Below, in pieces: positions 58,175 through 64,000 of a DNA stretch of 64,000 nucleotides. The translations under genes and the position numbers were made by a program. This DNA is from a virus, in IMG/VR virus record IMGVR_UViG_3300035181_002074, positions 96,613-160,612 of that record. One strand, given 5' to 3'. The notes beneath the pieces were generated by a model. The model searched no databases. It was not told the DNA's origin and saw only the letters and a list, made by a program, of their open reading frames with translations. The number at the start of each line of letters is the position of its first letter. The first letter of the stretch is position 1.

Positions 58175-58520
58175 TAAAATTAAAGAATATTTCCGCAAAT
58201 GGTTCAGTGACGGAGTAATGCTCCCGCTCATTTACGATCCAATATCTAAAGCGCCATCAGTTACATTAACGTGCGTATACATATCTTTTTTTTGGGCAAT
58301 CAAAGCCCTTTGGGATTTCAAAGCAGCTCCCACTAACGCAATGCCATCCATCCTTGGGATGATCTTTTGGGCATTAGCTATGACATTTTATTTAATCCGC
58401 AAGATTGGCAAAGCAAAGTTTGATCTAGCCAATAAAAGTATGGAATTCGATAATGGGGATGATGCTGACAAAGCTTCGGATACAACTGCCGCAGCAAAAA
58501 CAGATAATCCTGACAACTAA
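58167..58520 (+). CDS. Two-TM membrane protein (holin candidate)
   Basis: Two hydrophobic helices and a charged C-terminal tail; behind a late motif. Confidence 0.5.
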   Translation: MFSKIKEYFRKWFSDGVMLPLIYDPISKAPSVTLTCVYISFFWAIKALWDFKAAPTNAMPSILGMIFWALAMTFYLIRKIGKAKFDLANKSMEFDNGDDADKASDTTAAAKTDNPDN

Positions 58521-58939
58521 GCCTTACGACCTGTTTTTTTACCTTTAGCCGGTGCTGGCGTTGATTGTAAGCCAAAATCGCTTACAGCTTTAAGTGACAC
58601 CTTTTCTAATACTTCTACCATTAAAAAATCTTGTTTTTCACGCAACCGAATATCATTGTCGGTCATATTGAATACACCGACAGAAATACTGCCGTCTTCT
58701 TCATAAGCTCCCAGCAAAGTCACACCTTTTTGTGTTAATTCTTTGGCCAGCTTAAATTGAAATGCCATTAATGCTTTATCATTTGGATTCATGAGTTCTA
58801 GTGCAAATGGTATGTTAAATGTATTGGTACCTTTGTTGAGCCTCATGTCTGGGAATACTTCTGATGTGATCTTGAGATTAATGGTATTGCCATCTTGTAT
58901 TGGGGCATTTAGTTTTTTCTTGATAATGAATTGACGCAC
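58517..58939 (-). CDS. Degenerate trimeric dUTPase-fold protein
   Basis: EEDGSISVGVFNMTDNDIRL resembles dUTPase motif 3/4; catalytic motifs are eroded. Confidence 0.4.
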   Translation of the reverse strand: MRQFIIKKKLNAPIQDGNTINLKITSEVFPDMRLNKGTNTFNIPFALELMNPNDKALMAFQFKLAKELTQKGVTLLGAYEEDGSISVGVFNMTDNDIRLREKQDFLMVEVLEKVSLKAVSDFGLQSTPAPAKGKKTGRKA

Positions 58940-58941
58940 TG

Positions 58942-59364
58942 TTATTTTCCTCTGATTTCTGATTTAGTATACTGATAATGATTAGACTCGTCGGCTAGTT
59001 TTTTAATTTTGTTATATTCAGCGCCGATTAAGCTATCTTGATTATCACTAAGCATGTTATGTTTATGGTCGTAAACGCTGATAGCTTGGTAAACGAAACT
59101 GAAAGCCTTTGTTACGAACATTAGAACCTCGCCCTTGGCATCGGACACGTAATTAACATGAGGTAGCTTGCCGGTCAAGGACTCGTAATAAGCGAGATCA
59201 TCCAATATTTGGCTGACCCCTTCATTACTGGCGATAGCTTGATCTGCTACATCATCAATCGTACCTTTGATACGTAAGCTGATGTAATTAAATATGATTA
59301 ACTTAAGCGCAGCCTTTTGGACTGGGTTTAAGAACATTACATGGTATTTAGTTTCGGATTCCAT
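58942..59364 (-). CDS. Hypothetical protein
   Basis: 140 aa behind TTGATT-N17-TAGTAT (59372-59400). Confidence 0.65.
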   Translation of the reverse strand: MESETKYHVMFLNPVQKAALKLIIFNYISLRIKGTIDDVADQAIASNEGVSQILDDLAYYESLTGKLPHVNYVSDAKGEVLMFVTKAFSFVYQAISVYDHKHNMLSDNQDSLIGAEYNKIKKLADESNHYQYTKSEIRGK

Positions 59365-59449
59365 CTAAAATATACTACCATAGTTTTTTAATTAAATCAA
59401 CCCGCATTTCAGTAGTAATAGTTATGGTATAATCAAACAGGAGATATAA

Positions 59450-59842
59450 ATGGATACAATCAAAGTAATAGAGTTTAATGGTATAGGCGAAAACACTGGA
59501 CAGTCATTTAATGGTCGGTTTAAATTGAAAACAATTCTCTCAAGAAGAGATCGTTTTGCGGCAGATTTAAGGCGTCGCGAAATACTAGGCCCGCAATCAG
59601 AAAATGCAATGGCAGCGCTAAATGGTGAGTCATTTATGCTTGGGAGACTTTTTGTAAGCATTATTGAGGCACCATCATGGTGGGAAAACAGCGCTAACGG
59701 ATTAGATCTCAATGATGGGAACATTATTGCAGAACTATTCGAAGAGTGCTTGAAGGCTGAAAAAGAACAACTTGAATCAGTTCAAGAAAAAGCATCACAA
59801 GCTCTAGAGAAATTAAGCAAAAAGACAAAGAAGGATGAGTAA
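59450..59842 (+). CDS. Tail assembly chaperone
   Basis: GRFKLK...IIEAPSWW; upstream of the tape measure; TGgTATAAT at 59425-59433. Confidence 0.7.
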   Translation: MDTIKVIEFNGIGENTGQSFNGRFKLKTILSRRDRFAADLRRREILGPQSENAMAALNGESFMLGRLFVSIIEAPSWWENSANGLDLNDGNIIAELFEECLKAEKEQLESVQEKASQALEKLSKKTKKDE

Positions 59843-60359
59843 ACCGGACTACTACCGCTCCTTGCAAATCCTCGCGATTGAAGCTGTAGAGTTTCAAGAT
59901 GGGGATGCTTTTTACCGCAAGGTATGTCGGTGGTATTCGAAAACTTTTTCTACTCCTCTTACTGATGTGGCGCAATTATCCATGGATCACGTATTGACGA
60001 CATATTACGAAGATACCTTTGATACGCTGTACAGTGCAGACGATGAAGATTCAAAGTATACGTATGATCAATACCGTAAAAAGATATTGACACCTAATGC
60101 CGAAGGCGATGAAGTTAATGAAGACGAAGAATGGGCAATGAAGGAAATTGAAGCCATGCGTAAAAAAGCTGAAGCAAAAGCTAAGGCTAAAATGAATCAA
60201 ACCCTTGATAATACAGTGAAAGATATTGTGGATCTGGTTAAGAATGAGATGGATAAGCAAAAAATGGCCCACCCCCAAGACCCTAATATTCAAGATAATC
60301 CCCCAATAGATCTGGATAATTTCAGTATGAGTGGTGAAGATCCCTTTTTTCCAGAATAA
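59835..60359 (+). CDS. Second tail assembly chaperone-like protein
   Basis: RWYSKTFSTP motif, acidic tail; directly before the tape measure. Confidence 0.6.
   Translation: MSKPDYYRSLQILAIEAVEFQDGDAFYRKVCRWYSKTFSTPLTDVAQLSMDHVLTTYYEDTFDTLYSADDEDSKYTYDQYRKKILTPNAEGDEVNEDEEWAMKEIEAMRKKAEAKAKAKMNQTLDNTVKDIVDLVKNEMDKQKMAHPQDPNIQDNPPIDLDNFSMSGEDPFFPE
60282..60291 (+). promoter_or_regulatory. Putative late promoter CCTAATATTC (intragenic, for the tape measure)
   Basis: Motif about 90 nt before ATG 60379. Confidence 0.5.
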
Positions 60360-60378
60360 CAGATAAGTAGTTGTAATC

Positions 60379-62595
60379 ATGGCATTAAAAATCGAATTCT
60401 CGGCCCAATTTAAAGATGCACAAATGGTTGAAGGTGCTATTAAGTCTCTTCAAAAGCAACTTATTGATCTTGGAAAAGTGGGTGCAGGCGCTTCCAATGA
60501 GATCAATAAGTCCTTTACTGGCCTGTCCGCATCTCTCCAAAAAATACAAGATATTGCCAAAGGTGCCGGTAACCTCAAAGAGTTGACTAATCAGGTCGAT
60601 ACTTTGGCTAAGCTCGGAACGAACGTACAGGCGTTTTCCAGAAGCTTTGATTCTCTAGGTAAATCTATCAATGCGTCATTAGGTGGCGCAAGCCAAGCGA
60701 CTTTCAAGCAAATGAAAGCCGGTATTGAAGATATCACCCGCTCCATCCAAGAACAAAAGAAAGAATATGCCCACTTAGAAAAAGGCATGCCGTTCATTAA
60801 GGATAAATACGGCGAAGATAGTCCATTTTATCAATCCAAATTAGCTCTCCAGCAAGGTCGTGCGAGTTCAATTGCACAATCAGAAGCCATGGAAAAGAAT
60901 GCTCAATGGCAAGCAAGCATGCATCAACCAAGGGGGTTCTTGGGCGGCGGTAGTTTTGCTACTACTGCTGGCATGTTTCAAACAGGTGCTGCTGGGATGT
61001 ACGGAATCGGTGAAGGCGCTTGGCAAGTCGGTACTATGTCCATGCGTAGTGACGTGGCAATGCGTAGATTACGCATGCAGGCTGGTGAACAAGCTGCACA
61101 AGGCGATCCATCCCAAGTGATCATGCAAGGCTTAGGCGTTGGTATTGAGCACGGTGGAATGAGTACAGCGAAAGCTGGGGCTTACGGAGCTGAAGTCGGA
61201 AAAGAAATGTTAAAATACGCGGCCATTATTGGTGCGGGATTGCTAACAGGTGGTCTCGGTGCCTTGGCGGTAGGCGGTGGACTTGCGGCTACTACAGGAT
61301 TTAGAGGTGCTGGTAATATCGGGGCAGATGCTCAATCACGTATGCGCGGCATGGATTCAGAATACTACGAAAAATCTTTTGCTCCAGCTTATGGAGCTTA
61401 TCAAGCAAACGTTGGCGCATTCGGTGACATGTATCGTATGGCTGGCGATTATTCCGGTAATGCCATGACTGGTGCAATGATGCGCGGTGGATTAAGTAGA
61501 TCTGTTTTAACGAAATCACTCGGTGCAGCAACATATTATGGTAAAGCTGTGAACGATAATGCAGGCGATTTAATGATGCTTGATTCAGTGCGCGGGTTTG
61601 GCCTAACTGATCAGGGTCAAAGCGAAATGGCTCGCTTATCTCGTATCCGTGGTTCAGCCGCAACAGTTAATGCATTGTCTGGTTTTCTTGGCGGTACTAC
61701 CGCTGGTAGAGATATTAATTCTCGCAGAGTGTTAACTGATGCTGCCTTTGGTAATTTATCGGGAATGGGTAATCAAGCTGACTTAGGTCAAGCGGGAGCA
61801 TTAATTCAAGCTGCTTCCAAGGGAGTTGCTGCAACTGGCATGTACACTTCTGAATACGGTGGCATTAATGTTGAAGGAGCTAAAGTGGCTGTTTCAGCTG
61901 CAGCTGGTATCCAATCTCAAATGGTTGACCCGAATAACGTTGTACATGCAATGTATGACATGAAATTATTATCTATGGGTGTTACGGAAATTGGCACAAG
62001 ACAAGCTTTAATATCGGCAATATCTAAAACTGGGATGACTGATCAAATCGTAGGCGTTATCTCTCGAATCACTAAGATGGCTCCAGATGAAATTCGTGCC
62101 GCATTCAGTGGAACAGGTAAGATGATTGCAGAGACTAGAGCTAAATCACTTGGAGTGAATAGCCCCCAAGCTAAAATTGCAGCAGCTGGCGGAATCTCGG
62201 TTGGTGGATTCATGACAACCAATAATCCATTCAGCGGCGAATTTGAAGCAGCCCAAGCAACGTTACCAACCCTTGGTGACAAATCTACTATGGCGGCTGG
62301 CGGTCAAAGGTATCAAGACATTGGTGCGGATACTGTGTCACGCGGAGAAGCTCGCAAACAAGGCGAAGAAATCGGCGCATGGCAAGAAATCGGCGACACT
62401 TATTCAAAAGATCTTTATAAATCCATTTATAGCGCTATCGGAGATGCTCTGCAAAATACCGGTAAAGAGATTTCCGATAAAGTAAGAGAAGCTACGAATA
62501 AGGACAAATCGAATGAATCTTTCTTAAGCGATAGTACTGTAAACTCGATGCGCACATTCTTCGGCACCAAGAACAATTTTGAAGATAAAAAATAA
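60379..62595 (+). CDS. Tape measure protein
   Basis: Ala/Gly-rich helical protein with a hydrophobic segment; follows the chaperones. Confidence 0.8.
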   Translation: MALKIEFSAQFKDAQMVEGAIKSLQKQLIDLGKVGAGASNEINKSFTGLSASLQKIQDIAKGAGNLKELTNQVDTLAKLGTNVQAFSRSFDSLGKSINASLGGASQATFKQMKAGIEDITRSIQEQKKEYAHLEKGMPFIKDKYGEDSPFYQSKLALQQGRASSIAQSEAMEKNAQWQASMHQPRGFLGGGSFATTAGMFQTGAAGMYGIGEGAWQVGTMSMRSDVAMRRLRMQAGEQAAQGDPSQVIMQGLGVGIEHGGMSTAKAGAYGAEVGKEMLKYAAIIGAGLLTGGLGALAVGGGLAATTGFRGAGNIGADAQSRMRGMDSEYYEKSFAPAYGAYQANVGAFGDMYRMAGDYSGNAMTGAMMRGGLSRSVLTKSLGAATYYGKAVNDNAGDLMMLDSVRGFGLTDQGQSEMARLSRIRGSAATVNALSGFLGGTTAGRDINSRRVLTDAAFGNLSGMGNQADLGQAGALIQAASKGVAATGMYTSEYGGINVEGAKVAVSAAAGIQSQMVDPNNVVHAMYDMKLLSMGVTEIGTRQALISAISKTGMTDQIVGVISRITKMAPDEIRAAFSGTGKMIAETRAKSLGVNSPQAKIAAAGGISVGGFMTTNNPFSGEFEAAQATLPTLGDKSTMAAGGQRYQDIGADTVSRGEARKQGEEIGAWQEIGDTYSKDLYKSIYSAIGDALQNTGKEISDKVREATNKDKSNESFLSDSTVNSMRTFFGTKNNFEDKK

Positions 62596-64000
62596 TGAAT
62601 CATCCACGTATAACTATCACAGCTAACGGTGAAAAAGATGGTGAGTATACAAAACATGATACTTCCATCTCGTGGACTATTGCGTTCATACGTTTTGCAG
62701 AGCCAGCATCGGCTTACGCATCTTCAGCGGAGCTTGACGCGATTAAGCCTATCTTAATAGTTGAAAATGATTGTGTGTCCGTTAACATTACCAATCAAAA
62801 AAGCAGTTTTGCTAAGACATGTAATTTAAGCATGAAAGTTACCGATAACTGGTATCAGTCTAATGTGAACCCCGGTGATTGGGTTTTCGTATGGCTAAAT
62901 AACGAGCAAGACAAGAATAATGAAATACAGAAATTATTGGGAAGCAGTAACTTTAAGAATCAAAAAGCATTAAACGGGTTTGATTCTGGATTAAAATTCG
63001 TTGGACGAGTATTAAGCTTAGGAGCGGTTGATTCAATTACATCCAGTGGCACCAGAACGCTGACTCAAAGTGTAAACTGTCAGGCATTCATTGAATTAGC
63101 GTCATCAATTTATTACTCCTATTTAAGTTCATCAATTATTAATGCTTCAACTAGCACTCCGTCCGGTAATTCTGCTACTTTGGATAAAACAGCTAAAACA
63201 ATTTTTACTAATAATGCACTAAACAAAGAAGCTAATACTCTGACAGACTTCGCGGGTAAATTTCTTAGCTTGTATTCATCCAGCACCTCATCTTATACAC
63301 CTGATTCTATTATCGGATATTTATTTGCGTTAACTATGGGCGTTAGTCGTGCTCAAAACCCTACGAACGCTTTTTTAAAAGCCGGTATTGACGGAACTTT
63401 CAATGATGCCATTACTATTCCAGCGGTTGTTGGTAAACTGTTGGGTAATTTTGGTGCAACTAGATTATGTCAAATATATCAAGTAATCTTAGGGCTTCAG
63501 CGTTATAGCAACACGGGCAATGTATCCCCTGCGTTAAAATTGAATCCAGATGTCCTTACAACGAAAAATACATTAAAAGATAATAATGCTGGCATAACAT
63601 CTAATAAACAAAATTATACCGTAATACATCAAACACCAGCTAGATGTAGTGGGTTCGTACCTTTTTATCCACCCCCTTGGGATAATACTCCTATATGGGA
63701 CATAATGACCCCGTATCTTAATCCCGTAGTGAATGAAATGTATACGGCTCTACGTATCAATAAAGACGGCATTATCATGCCTACTTTAATCGTCAGGGAA
63801 AAACCATTAAGTACTGGACTGTATCATGCACTAGAGCAACCAAAACTAGTAAATGATGTAATTGCCCAAGCACCAGAGAAAAAGGGAAGAGCTTTTACAA
63901 AATTTGAGCGATCCAGTAATACAGACAAAACAGGCACCGTAACGGATTTTGGTAAAAAAACTGATGTGAATAATTCATCGTCGGTTAATCAAACTCAGAG
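62595..64000 (+). CDS. Baseplate hub-like protein (3'-truncated; absent from the ORF track)
   Basis: ATG overlaps the tape-measure stop (TAATG). Spot-translated segments give SVNITNQKS..TCNLSM..NPGDWVFVW, KFVGRV and NPVVNEMY..PTLIVREKP in one frame. Confidence 0.7.
   Translation, partial: MNHPRITITANGEKDGEYTKHDTSISWTIAFIRFAEPASAYASSAELDAIKPILIVENDCVSVNITNQKSSFAKTCNLSMKVTDNWYQSNVNPGDWVFVWLNNEQDKNNEIQKLLGSSNFKNQKALNGFDSGLKFVGRVLSLGAVDSITSSGTRTLTQSVNCQAFIELASSIYYSYLSSSIINASTSTPSGNSATLDKTAKTIFTNNALNKEANTLTDFAGKFLSLYSSSTSSYTPDSIIGYLFALTMGVSRAQNPTNAFLKAGIDGTFNDAITIPAVVGKLLGNFGATRLCQIYQVILGLQRYSNTGNVSPALKLNPDVLTTKNTLKDNNAGITSNKQNYTVIHQTPARCSGFVPFYPPPWDNTPIWDIMTPYLNPVVNEMYTALRINKDGIIMPTLIVREKPLSTGLYHALEQPKLVNDVIAQAPEKKGRAFTKFERSSNTDKTGTVTDFGKKTDVNNSSSVNQTQ

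Noticed and set aside
59815-59842. Lambda G/GT-style -1 frameshift between the tail chaperones at C-AAA-AAG
   Set aside because: The downstream ORF (59835) is in the +1 frame, so a -1 slip would not join them, and it has its own ATG.
136-62657. Numerous 60-160-aa antisense or alternative-frame ORFs in the track
   Set aside because: They lie within well-supported genes, lack promoters or RBSs, and have off-frame composition.
1-64000. Host or genus assignment; prophage, integrase or IS elements
   Set aside because: No integrase, transposase, att site or host gene is visible, and taxonomy cannot be fixed without database searches.

Overview
This window is the virion-morphogenesis region of a large, AT-rich, contractile-tailed dsDNA phage. 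The gene order resembles SPO1/Twort-like myoviruses: portal (partial), MuF-like head protein, prohead protease, scaffold, major capsid, neck/connector genes, tail terminator, sheath, tube, fibre/appendage genes, tail chaperones, tape measure and baseplate hub (partial). All calls were made by eye, without database searches. (1) Structural genes are preceded by a 10-bp motif, CCTAATATTT (13 copies or close variants found), which is a likely phage late promoter. They are interrupted by accessory islands driven by host sigma70-type TTGAC-N17-TAnnnT promoters, many of which look leaderless. (2) The strongest candidate for a new system is a protease-addressed head-cargo system. About ten head-region proteins carry a recurring hydrophobic-x-K|S-E motif in the same context as the capsid maturation site. 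The motif falls on domain boundaries of polyproteins containing ADP-ribosyltransferase, HExxH, GNAT, GP88/radical-SAM-like, ParB-like, pseudokinase, lytic-transglycosylase and inactive mCpol-like modules, plus a repeated basic peptide. (3) Other notable items are a copy of the capsid N-terminal arm inside the protease, an out-of-frame gene with its own sigma70 promoter nested in a polyprotein linker, a non-canonical tRNA-like RNA (CAU anticodon, long variable arm) whose predicted transcription start is its first base, a C5-methyltransferase pair plus a CmoA-like gene (possible carboxymethylcytosine pathway), and three appendage paralogs that share one N-terminal adaptor.
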